Positions 39,967-51,866 of a stretch of DNA of 64,000 nucleotides are shown in pieces. The DNA is taken from assembly GCF_037042905.1 (NCBI RefSeq), contig NC_087263.1, positions 7,938,001 through 8,002,000 of the forward strand, read 5' to 3'. The first letter of the stretch is position 1. Each line of letters opens with the position of its first letter. The position numbers and the translations under genes were made by a program. The notes beneath the pieces were generated by a model, which worked only from the letters and a program-made list of their open reading frames with translations, did not search any database and was not told the origin of the DNA. The stretch comes from Lytechinus pictus (Eukaryota).

Positions 39967-40282
39967 CAGTGGCGTACCTAGGATTTTCCACAGGGGGCAA
40001 ATTCGTCCACCAAAAAAATTGACAAGCAAAAAAAAAATAAAAAAAAGGTCTTCAACCACAAATAAGGAATTTCGTACCAGACAAGCAAAAAAAAAAAAAA
40101 AAAAGTCTTCAATCACAAATAAAGGATTTCATTCCAGAAAAAAATTTGACAAGCAAAAAAAAAAAAAGTTTTCAAGACTCGTCAGGGGGGGGGGGGGCAG
40201 GGATATGTCCCTTGCATGTGTTGTGACTCGTCAGGGGGGGGGGACAGTCTGCCCCCTCAGCTCCCCCGTAGGTACGCTAGTG
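39967..40282 (-). mobile_element. hAT-like MITE family A, copy 3 (no TSD)
   Basis: Reverse complement of the 6762-7086 element; flanks TACCCGGG and TAATAAAG do not match. Confidence 0.9.
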
Positions 40283-41791
40283 TAATAAAGAACAGTCGAG
40301 TATTCATAACTGCGCTATATATAACTGGACCATGTTATAACTTGGTAATGATAATCATACAAACAGCGGCATTATTGACTAGTGATTACAATAACACGAA
40401 TGATAATGATAAATGACAAAAACAATAATGATAATAATGATGAAAATAATAACAGTGATGTTAATAAAAATATTAGTGATAATAATGATAGTAATAATGA
40501 CAATTGCGATATTGATAACAATGACTAATATCAATTATATTAATGATCATACTATTTATGATAATATTGAATACCGATTTGATATACTCCTGACAATTAA
40601 TCTGATACACTAATTATATCGTGGCACTTGTTTTAAAAATGAAACTTGGATTACACACGTAAGTTTTGTTTTCTTTGTCATATTCATGGGACCCCGATTA
40701 ACTTGCAATATCCGGGTCTTAAGGTGAAGGACAATGTAAATGAACTTTCCTTTAATCATGTGGAACACATTATCGAGGTGTTTCATTCCAATTTCCATTA
40801 CTATGTCATTCCACAATGGAAAGGGAGTACGCAAATGATGCTGCAGTACACTAATACAGTCATATTATGGTCATTTTAACATTGAATTTTACAGACAATA
40901 CTTGTTTTTCCAATGGACATCGATATGTTCATATTGAGAGCATTTCATGAAAAAATAGTAAGTGATTTTCTCCTACAAATGTTATAAGCTACTGAAATCC
41001 TTGCATGTGATTGGTTCCGTAGAAATTAGTCGGTGGAACCACTGACATGACTGAGATGATGATTTGTGGTACACTCCCATTGTCAATCGGAAATGTAAAA
41101 AACAAATAGATATATAAAACACATGTAAAAACAGACCTTTAATTCCGGAAAGGATCGCCATTTGTGAGAATAATTCACACGCGTTTGAATGATTCATACC
41201 CGTAAAGCCAATCAAGAAATAACTGTTTCAGAACTGCGTGATGGTTTTTTTTACTTGATTATTAAGAATGCGTGAGTGCTTGAAAGCAAGCATCCAGAGG
41301 ATCAAAGGTTTAATGTCCTCTCGGTGAGACCTGGTAATGAGGATAAAGATCTTACAAAGGGCCACTAGCGCACCAAGTGGGAATCGAACCCGGGTAACCG
41401 GACATGCTGGAATCCGATGCCTTGTACCGACTGAGCGATGTCATGAGCAGTAACATCCACCTTTGATTGGTATGGAGTCGGTTTCAGCTGGTGGGGCTGA
41501 AGCACATGCGATACATGAAGTATTTCCCGCTGTAATTATTGATCCAATGTCAAATGGCGCTGAACTTCCGATTGCTATACTAATACATGGCCTTGAACTT
41601 GGTGATGGTCTTATGCATATTAAACAATTGTTGGTGTAAACACGTTAGTTATTTTATTGTAAGTAAGAACACGTGTCTAGTTATTGTTGATCAGGAAGGG
41701 GAGCCGGAAGATATTATTAGGTCCAATGGAACTCGTTTGACATGTCCTTAAAAGGAGAATTTATGCGAATTAGCAAAGTATAAGTTTATTT

Positions 41792-42082
41792 TAGCAATCC
41801 CTTCGCAGACGCGTTCTATAACGCAGAGAATCTTGTGTCGAAAGCCCTTAATTCATAACAAAGAAGTCTTTGTCGAAAATCGGTGAATCAAAACAGCTGT
41901 GTCGTCCTGGACTCTGGACTTAAACGACATGTTTGCAATTTTTGTCCGGTTCGAATCTTAAGACGATGTGCTGTTCCAGTCCACCAACTTGCGACAATGA
42001 CCTCTGATCTGTCCGTTGTGATTTGACGTGCATTTTCAATAGATTCTGAACGTTGCAGAAAGCGTCTGTGAAGTGGATGCTA
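41792..42082 (+). mobile_element. TAG-ended TIR element of the TTTGTCGAAA-core family
   Basis: TAGCAATCCCTTCGCAGACGC ... GCGTCTGTGAAGTGGATGCTA; inverted homolog at ~55430-55718. Confidence 0.8.
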
Positions 42083-45000
42083 AACACTATTATTGTCGAA
42101 CAAACAAGACTGTTATACACGACTGTGTAAGACAATTTGACTGATTGTGAATGATCTCATATAAAATAACATCATGGTCGTACGCAGAAACTTTTCCCGG
42201 GCGGATTGGGGGAGGGGGGGGGGGGGGGGTAATTGAAATAATTGTTCAAATGCTACGAGATCGGTTCCTCTCATCCAATCACAACTCACAAGCACATATT
42301 TTGTTGATTTAAATGTAAGAGCTGTTAATTTAGGCATTAGCATAATTAGTTACAACTGCCATAAAGAATACACCCGAGTGTTCAATGGAACCTGCAGTGC
42401 AATTAAGGGGTAATCGTAATGCCGTTTAGTACGACTAGATTTTAGCAATTCAAATATTTTTCGGAAATATTTTCACTGAATATCAAAAAGGTGCACTATG
42501 CTGACCTTTATATCAATATCCTAGCTTTCAAAATATTTTCACACAGGAAAATGGGGAAAAATTAAATAAATCATGCCTTTATTTGAATGTTAAGAAAAAA
42601 GTACAGACGCTCATAATTAAGTTCATTATTGTAAAGTTAGGCATAATGTGTATAGTTGAGCCACATAACTAGTCTGTGTTATGAATTTACGACACACTTC
42701 GTATTTCATTATTCATACATCAATCGCATACCAGTTTAATGATGGATCGTGTATGAATTCGAAATCTTCTTTTTTTAAGCACTGAGGCCCATAAGAGGGG
42801 AATATCGGATCCGAATTATTAAAAGATGCGTCAGTTGCAGAATCAATGAATAGCATTCAACTTTAAACTCTACTTACAAAATAAGCAAACACACCTACAT
42901 TTCCGAATTTAAAGAAAGATTCCAGTCTATTTTATCAACCTCGAAGTACAGAGGCTAAAAGAAGGAGGGATATAACAACAGTGAATAGGGCAAAAAGTAC
43001 TTTCGGAATAAAAGAAAACTATTTCCGTACAAATTACATTGTCAAAATTCTAAAGGTTACCATAGGTGGGTGTCCTATTTCAAGTGCCATATTGCTAAAA
43101 TGAATGATTCAACTGCCGCGGAATAGTTTTGAAAGTTTGGGGGCAGAGAAAACAAGCGTGGGGGCTGACTAAATGGAAAATCTTTCAAATAGATAATCAA
43201 AATTATAGTATATATTTTTCGCATCCAATATAAGACTTTGTTTTCTTAATTAATGAAGAAAAAAATGCATCCAATTCCTCCAAAAAGCTCTCATTTATTC
43301 ACATTATTGTTATTTTAGGCCTTGCTTTATACCGTAAGCAATTTAGCCATTCACACGAATAAGTACAGGGGTTCAAATCTGAACACTGTGTGTTGCTATG
43401 CATCTTTGAGAGTGCAATAGGCTACATTTTGCACCTTCAAGACGGTGCAGAGTTGAGGGTACACTCTGTGCCCTCAAAGGTGCAGAGCTGAACATTTTAT
43501 GGTCATGATGGTGCAAACAAGTTGTGCGTACATTATATGCCCCATCAAGTGTGCAGAGTTGGGAGTACATTATGCACCCTCATGGATGCAGAGTTGAGGG
43601 GACGCTCTGCACCCCTCGAGGTTGTAGGGTTGAATCTTTATTGTGGTGCCATGAGCCTAATTACATCAGGAGGGCTAAAGATATTCGTTCGACCCAACCC
43701 ATTCGATTTTTTAAAATTTGATATTGCTGATTGACAAAAGTGTATGAATATGATTCAAAATCTAACACTGATTCTAGAAATGGTAACTACTGAACTTCCT
43801 TTGCCCAAATTGGGAAGATATATCAATGATTTGGAACTATTTTTTTGACTGGCGGAAGAATTGGGGCTATTTTACTGTTTCAGTTGATGAATTTGATCCC
43901 ATCATAGTTATCTTCATAAATGGCGATTTATTTTGAAAATGAGCTGGCTACGATACCCTTCTCTGGTCAGATATGGAATGTCAGATATATATCCTATCCA
44001 AAGGTAGTAAACATTCCACCCTCTAATTTCACATTTATTTTTTATGAATTTTTGTAAGTGCCATTTTAACACACAAGTCTATGGGGAATGTTTTACGCGT
44101 GTGAGACCTTGTGCAAACGAGTTGAGGGTATATTCTGCAGCCTTGAGTCTATCGAGTTGAACCTTCAGGGTGCAAACGAACATTTCTTCCTTTGTAGGCC
44201 TGTTATTTTTTTTATCTTGGGTTAAAAATATGTATTACATCCAAATAAAAAGGGTGGCTATTGTTTCACGTCAGGTGGAAACATGAACCTTTACTTGTAA
44301 ATGTGTAAATATGTAAAATTCCCCTTTAAAAATATTGTCTCATCTGAAAGAGCCATCATTCCCATTGGACCCTGGACCACAGTGCCTATGTCTGGGCTAC
44401 TAATAACTTCCGATGCATATAAGGCTTATCGGTCAATGCCGTTCATCTGTTATATACAATGTAGACGATAGCTGACTTTCAAAAAGAAGATCACACTAGA
44501 CATCTGAAAGATAAGATAATGTTCGCTAGGTTCACCTAAAAAAAAAAATCTTTCAACGCGTGGGGGGGGGGGGGCTATTTCATTAATGATCCGCATGATG
44601 TTAAGACTTGCGCTGGTCGTATGTTTACTCAAACAAGTTTATAATCAATACTATAACCAATTTTTATTCATAAAATGGTGAAAATGGATCCTGATCACGT
44701 GACTGGCTGCAACCCATCACGTGACCCGTCAATTATCTTAGGTAACAAGGCAATTTTCTAATAAATGATACTAATTACTGTATTTCAATTGACGGTCATA
44801 GTTATGAGATAAGGATATATAATGCTGGCAACTGAAAAACGTCCTCCACGATAGGTATGTTGTATATTAACTTCATGTACAATCATGGGTAACTCTAAAT
44901 TATATGCTAAATGCTCTACTATAAGGTATAATCAATTGTAATTATTAAATTATATCTATATAGGGCACTACACCCACGGTCAATTCAGGCATTTGATATT

Positions 45001-45587
45001 TCATTTAACAAAAAAAAAAAAAATCAATGACCTTCACAATAATTTTGACAGTATTATGACGTCATTTACTGTGGAAAAAAAAGTGGTTCATACGTTGTAA
45101 CGACATTTTCCATTCGAACGCTTCATCGGTGACCCTTTAAGAACCGAATAATGCCGAGGTGAACCTTGAAAATATCCTAATAAATAGGCCTGATTCCATG
45201 AACTATTTTCAACAGAAACCTATAATATAGCTTTGCCGCTTGGGAGGTAGTGGATTAAAGTGAGTTTTTAGTACGTTTATATAAGAAACAAAGAGATTAA
45301 AAAATTGACAAAGGGCAGTGTGCACACCCCCTCTCCCGTATCCTTGCGCCTCTCTCTCTCCCCCTCTCTCTGTCAAAAAGCATTGAGAAGAAATCGGCTG
45401 AGTAACTTGTTACCTTTTACAACATTTTTTAGATATCGTGTTTGTTCAAAAATGATATATTTTTTTTTATAAGGGATTGCCACTCTTTTCCAATAAGTAT
45501 ATCCTTAGAGAGATACGATTAATATTCATGACTGAGTTTTCTTTATGTAGGATTATTCGAGATTCACACAGGCGAAACCTACTTCAG

Positions 45588-46012
45588 GGGCCCGTAACAC
45601 AAAGATTAGCAATGATCGTATAACATTTTTATACGATTGATTCCATTGACTACAATGTACAATCAATCGTAAAAATCAAGGGTACGATTAATCGCTAACC
45701 TTTGTGTTACGGGACCTGGATCATGTTCACCTACATGTTCAGATCGATGCATTGGCGTCGGAGTATGTCGGTTAAAGCTAAAGAGAGTCGATTTTGAGGT
45801 AATTGCGTGAGTTGTTTTCTTGCTGAGTTACAAGAATAATGACAAGAAAAGTTAAGGCAAATTTTCAGAAAACCACACCTGGGGCCCGTAACACAAAGCT
45901 TAGCAATGACAGTAGAACATTTTCTACGATTGATTCCATTGACTACAATGTACAACCAATCGTAAAAAAATCAAGGGTACGATTAATCGCTAACCTTTGT
46001 GTTACGGGTACC
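45588..46012 (+). mobile_element. Two nearby ~130-bp Harbinger-like MITE copies (45588-45716, 45881-46012)
   Basis: GGGCCCGTAACACAAAG ... CTTTGTGTTACGGG(A/T)CC; third copy at ~63339-63471. Confidence 0.85.
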
Positions 46013-46869
46013 TGGTCTTCTTTAATGTAGGGTGTTGACATGGCGAGACAATTATGTATCTCTTGGTGGTAGATTGAAGCTTTCGTAGGCCGGTATCATG
46101 CCAATAATTTCCTTTTCCTAATGAAACTTAGTTTAAATCTAAATTTAGAGCAGTTGAAAATGGAACATCAATTGTTCTACAGGAATTCTTTCACGTCTGT
46201 CGTATGGCAAGGTTGGATTGCTAAGGACAACCCACTAATGATGATTATTATGATAAATACCTAATGGCTATAGAGAGCGGAGGGGGGAGGGGCAATGCGA
46301 CCTACCCTTCTTTTTCCAAATTGAAAGAAAAATTTGTCAAAAGAAAGAGGAAGAAAAAATGATGAAATATGATATCATTTTTTTAGTATCATGTCAAAGT
46401 CTGTCACAAAATTACATTTTCGTTTTGAAAACGTCAACAGGCTAATCGCAGTTACTTTGCGGTCATACAAGAAGTATAACATGTATAAGATAACTATTGT
46501 TATCATTGGTCGTGTTACCACTTTAAATATATCAGCCTGTTAATGAGCACATTATACCGTCGAATCCATCATGTCATGAGAAGTTTGAAATGTGATTATT
46601 TTCACAGATAACACGGATGTTATACCAAACATCAATGGATTGTTATAATCAGGCCGCTTATGTGGATAATAGAAACACTTCACATGATTGATGATGGTGT
46701 AAGACCATTCGGAAATTGGGATCAGGATATTGCCAAATGAGCGTCAGAATTTTAATCACTATCGGATAAAAAAGATGAGGGTTCGTGTTTCAAATTAAAA
46801 CAATCAATCTGCCTAATTGCCAGCATTCACGCTGTCAGGCGTTAGCTTGTATTTACATGTAGACGTAAA

Positions 46870-48141
46870 ACAAGTGGAATGCCTCTGGCGGTCTCACCTA
46901 CATCACGCGATTCAATATAGCAGCAGTGCTGACTTTGAAAACTACTATAGAATAATTATTCACAAAAAACACCATTCATATAATGATACAATACTACATT
47001 CATTGACATTTGACCTTGATCATGTGACCTAAAACTTGTCAGTGAAACTTGATTACCCCTATATCCACATTTTATACACTATATCTATAAACTTTGAAAG
47101 TTATGACAGCATGCAATCTAATAATTACCTCTAAAATGGCAAAAGTTCAATGACCTTAAATGACCTTTGACTTTGGTTATGTGACCTGCAACTCGGACGA
47201 AACGTTCAAAGATACTTGATTACTCTTATGTTTAAGTTTCATGAATCAGATCCATAAACTTTCAAAGTTATGATGGTAATTCAACAGATACCCCCCACAT
47301 GGCCAAAATTCATTGACCTTTGACCTTGGTCATGTGACCTGAAATTCGCACAGGATGTTCAGTGATACTTGATTACTCTTATGTCCACGTTTTATGAACT
47401 AGACCAATAAACTTTCAAAGTTATGATGGTAATTCAACAAATACCCCCGACTTGGCCAAAGTTCATTGACCTTACATGACCTTTGACCTTGATCATGTGA
47501 CCTGAAACTTGCACAGGATACTTGATTACTCTTATGTCCAATTTTCATGAATCAGATCCATAAACTTTCAAAGTTATGATGGTAATTCAACAGATACTCC
47601 CATTATGGCCAAAGTTCATTGACCTTGGTCATGTGACGTGAAATGCGCACATGATATTCATGGATACATGGTTGCTCTTATGTCCAAGTTTCATGAATTA
47701 GATCCATAAGTGGCCAAAGTTCATTGACCCTAAGTGACCTTTGACCTTAATCATGTGACCTGAAACTCAGGCAGGATCTTCAGTGATACACTTTTACCCT
47801 TATGTCTAAGTTTTATGTACTAGGTCCATATACTTTTTTAAAGTTATGATGACATTTCAAAAACTTAACATTTGTTAAGATTTCGATATTGATTCCCCCA
47901 ACACGGTTTAAGTTCATTGACCCTTAATGACCTTTGACCTTGATCATGTGACCTGAAACTCAGGCAGGATGTTAAGTAATAATTGATTACCCTTATGTTA
48001 CAGTTTCGTGAACTAGGTCCATATACTTTCTAAGTTATGATGACATTTCAAAAACTTAAGCTTGGCTAAGATTTCAAGGTTGACGACGCTGCCGTCGGAA
48101 AAGCGGCGCCTAGAGTCTCGCTTTGCTATGCAGGCGAGACA
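46870..48141. mobile_element. Helentron/HINE-like element with internal tandem array
   Basis: Begins aaaACAAG...GTCTCACCTAC; about 7 units of ~120-190 bp rich in TGACCTTTGACCT; ends in a GAC repeat, GTCTCGC..GCGAGAC hairpin and A-run. Confidence 0.8.
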
Positions 48142-48688
48142 AAATGAAAGTTTTCATACTGCAATTTTATAATGTTTTGGGTTTTCTTTATTTATTATTA
48201 AAATAACAATACATGTCCCCTGCCTGATGGCTGAATTTTACTTTTTTACATTGGAGATGTACATACATTCTGTCCCTCATTTTCTTGGCAATATAAATAC
48301 AAAACCATTTATATTATACAATATGGAGCATTGAATTTACGAACACATTAATGCTGCGATTTTGTTTCAATCATTGGATTCGGCTTATATTTAAATGGTC
48401 TCCACTTTTTCTTTCGTAAATTCATATATATTTGTCCTGAAAAATTGTGTTTTTCCTTGAAATTACGTGAATTCCCAGTTTTCCGAATCGACGAATCTTT
48501 TGTTAATTCGCAAGTACAGGTATATATCACTTTCATGTATTTCTATATTTTCTCAGAACTTTGTAAACGTCTCCAGACTGTTTTTACAAAGTCTTTGATC
48601 TAATAAACCGAATGAAATTGAACAAAAATCTGGGAATTGTAGTCTAGAGGCATATTCAATGAATCGTTTTCTTTTATCATTTCTACAG

Positions 48689-49033
48689 CGACGATCATCA
48701 CCACCCTCAATGGATGGTCAGCAATGGAAGGTTCAAATTTTACGCTCGCTTGTAAGGTTAGCCTCACAAACAACGTCATCGACGCTGACACCATATGCCG
48801 AACTAGGATCCGATTCACGAGAAACTCTACGGGAATAGCCGAAGACACGAGGCACATTCGCTCGGGTGCTACTCGGGATAGCGTGACCAACCGTATCAAC
48901 TGTACCATGACGATATATCGGTTACGTTCGGAGGACTCCGGATTGTACGGATGCTGCTGGCCGGATGTCGAAGGGAATTGTTCACGTCATCCAACCAGAA
49001 TGCTTCGCGTAATACCCGCTACAACTACTTCCG
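48689..49033 (+). CDS. Coding exon 2: immunoglobulin (V/I-set-like) domain
   Basis: Acceptor tttctacag at 48688, donor gtgggt at 49034, phase 1-1 as typical for Ig exons. Peptide TIITTLNGWSAMEGSNFTLAC...NCTMTIYRLRSEDSGLYGCCWPDVEGNC...MLRVIPATTTS has the B-strand EGxxxTLxC and F-strand DSGxYxC motifs. Confidence 0.9.
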
Positions 49034-49710
49034 GTGGGTATACAAAATATTGTATTTTTGAATGTAGTTGTAGCATACAATGATTTCATGAAGAAGTCTT
49101 TAAAAATAATTACATTTGTTGCCATAAAGGCCCGTTTCATAAACAGTTACAACTGTTGTAACTTTGCCATTATGGCAACTACCATGGTAACCTTGATTTT
49201 GATTGACTGCTGAGCCCTGTTGCCATGGTAGTTGGCATAATGACACAGTTACAACAGTTGTATGTCTTTATGAAACGGGACCCAGGTACATTTACATATC
49301 TAGTTGAAAAACAACCCCCCCCCTAAAACAAAAAAACGATCACCCTGAAGATCGCTTATACAGATAATCACATTTTAGAAAAAAAAATGGATAAGCGGTA
49401 TTTCATACAATAAAATGAAAAATGATAAGGAGATGGTATCATCTGTTCACTCATGCATATTCATGAGATCATGCAGAGATCTGTGTTTAATAAAATTACG
49501 CAAAACTTTGCAAGTTTTCAATATTTTTTTTTGTCTGATTGTTTTTCTCTCTCTACCAAAATCACATATTTGTTAGTCACATCATAATAATTCGACTACA
49601 ATTTTAGTCACATTTATCCACATTAACTATATTATTCAAGTTAATTCTTATGTTTTGTCCCGGTTAATTGCGTGTATCGAATAACTTTATTTTGCATTGT
49701 TTTTATACAG

Positions 49711-49848
49711 CTCCGACGACCCCTAGCATTACGAGTACCGAGCCGTCGACTACGCCACCGAACACACAACCGGGTAGTCGGACGCCGAGTGAACACAATG
49801 GAATAGTCTACCAATCAGTCTCACCGAAAGATGGATCAACATTACCAG
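49711..49848 (+). CDS. Coding exon 3: Pro/Thr/Ser-rich mucin-like stalk
   Basis: Acceptor ttttatacag at 49710, donor CAG/gtttgt at 49849, phase 1-1; APTTPSITSTEPSTTPPNTQPGSRTPSEHNGIVYQSVSPKDGSTLP. Confidence 0.85.
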
Positions 49849-49865
49849 GTTTGTACAGTAGGTAT

Positions 49866-50173
49866 TTTTCACATTTACTACGGGGAAACTCTCTACAACG
49901 CATCGATGACTTTGAAAATGCAATTGAAATCACAATGGGAGAGCTGAGAGGCTTTTGTCGAAAGTTGGTGGATTGGGACAGCGGATTATTCGAAGATTTG
50001 CACTGGACGTACGAACAAGAGCAAATATGTCGTTGTCCAGAGTCAAGAGATTCCGATGCTGTCCACGTCCACCGACTTTCGACAAAAGTCTCTGAGCTCT
50101 CCATCGTGATTTGCCTTACATTTTCAAAGGAATCGGTGCGTTGTAGAGAGTTCCCTCGTAGTAAATGCGAAAA
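49866..50173. mobile_element. Fold-back MITE with ~105-bp arms just after the exon 3 donor
   Basis: TTTTCACATTTACTACGGGGAAACTCTCTACAACGCA ... TGCGTTGTAGAGAGTTCCCTCGTAGTAAATGCGAAAA. Confidence 0.88.
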
Positions 50174-50694
50174 GTCCGGTTATAACATTTAGGGGAAAAA
50201 ACACTTATCTTGTTGTTCACATGTGGCCTTCGTGCAAGAAACAACCTTGATAACCAAACTCAAAGTACCTTAAATTAGAACGTTAAACAATGCACTCCAT
50301 GATGAAATTATCATGCATCTGTTTTTTTACGTTGTCTTCCATCGCAAACTGCAGCACTCGGATGTTTTGTCAATGATCTTCCCAAGTGATATGAAATGTA
50401 TAGAAAAAAAGTTACCTTTCGTAAGGCGGGGGGGGGGGTAAATTTATAATTTTAAAAACTCACATCCCTAGTAGAGGAATTAAGATCAGAAAGGGCCAAG
50501 GTCTGACATTGTTAAGAGACAATGTTAAAGGAATTCCAGTTTGAAATTCATACAATATCGGTCACAGTGCACATACTGATCCGCCTAAGTTGTTGTGATG
50601 TATTCTAATTGCGATTTTAATAATCTCTTTAAATTTGGAACATTGCTTTGCGACTACTGCAATGGATATCATATTTCATTTTATTTATTTATTT

Positions 50695-51829
50695 TTAGCT
50701 CATCCGGCCCGAAGGGCCGGATGAGCTTATGCCGTGGCGTGGCGTCTGTCCACAATTTCAAAATGCTTCTTCTTCGCCATTTCAAGTCCGATTTCAATTA
50801 TGTTTGCTTTATATGATAGCACTAGGTGGGGGATTCAAAACTTCTACACAGAATCTTGAAATTCATTAAATATGCTAATTTATGCGCATTTTTCAAAATT
50901 CACAAAAAAATGCTTCTTCTTAAGTTTATTTGTTGACCGATTTTGAATTTTTTGCTTCCATCTGGTAGAGCTTTATAAGGTTCACCAAAGCTTTACACAG
51001 AATTTTGAAATTTTGACTAGAACAAGTTTTATGCTAATTTATGCGAAATTATGCATATTTTTAAAAATTCACATAAAATGCTTCTTCTTCTTTAATTGTT
51101 GATTTTGATTTTGATTTTTTCTTCCATCTGGTAGAACTTCATGAAGTTCACCAAACTTGTACACAGAATTTTGAAATTTTCAGTAGAAAATTATTTTTGC
51201 TAATTTATGCGAAATTTATTCATAAATCACAGAAAATGCCTCTTCTTCTTTATTTTGATTTGTTTTCTTCCATCCGGTAGAACTGCATGAGGTTCACCAA
51301 ACATGTACACAAAATTTTGAAATTTTGTCTATAATTATTTATGCTAATTTATGCAAAATTTATTCATAAATCACCAAAAAAAAATTATTCTTCATTTGTT
51401 GATCAATTTCAATTTTGTTTGCTTTATATGATAGCTCGAGGTGGTGATACGAAATTTTAACACAGAATTTTGAAACTCATTCAATATGCTAATTTATTCA
51501 TATATTTTCAAGACTCACAAAAAATACTTATTTATTTGTTGATTGATTTTGATTATTTTTGTTCCTTCTGAGAGCTACACGAGGTTCACCAAGGTTCTAC
51601 ACACAGAGTTAAGAAATTTTGACTAGAAAATTATTTATGCTTGATTTATATGAAATTTATTCATAGATCACAAAAAATGCTTCTATATGTCATTTCTTCA
51701 TCAATTTCAATTCTATATCCTCAATTTATGTCACCAATATAATTTGCTACAGTGTCAACTGGGCTGAAATTAAAATTGTGTTAAATTTCGTTGCGAGATG
51801 CTGGATGAGCCTCACATCATTGATGTGCT

Positions 51830-51832
<3 letters not shown>
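50695..51832. mobile_element. Helentron/HINE-like element with internal tandem array
   Basis: T-run, perfect hairpin AGCTCATCCGGCCC-GAA-GGGCCGGATGAGCT, repeated AGAATTTTGAAAT/ATGCTAATTTATGC units, subterminal GGATGAGC, ends CTAG plus T-run. Confidence 0.8.

Positions 51833-51866
<34 letters not shown>

Noticed and set aside
44822..44854. Alternative first coding exon nearer the Ig exon
   Set aside because: In-frame TAG just before the donor and no hydrophobic signal peptide.
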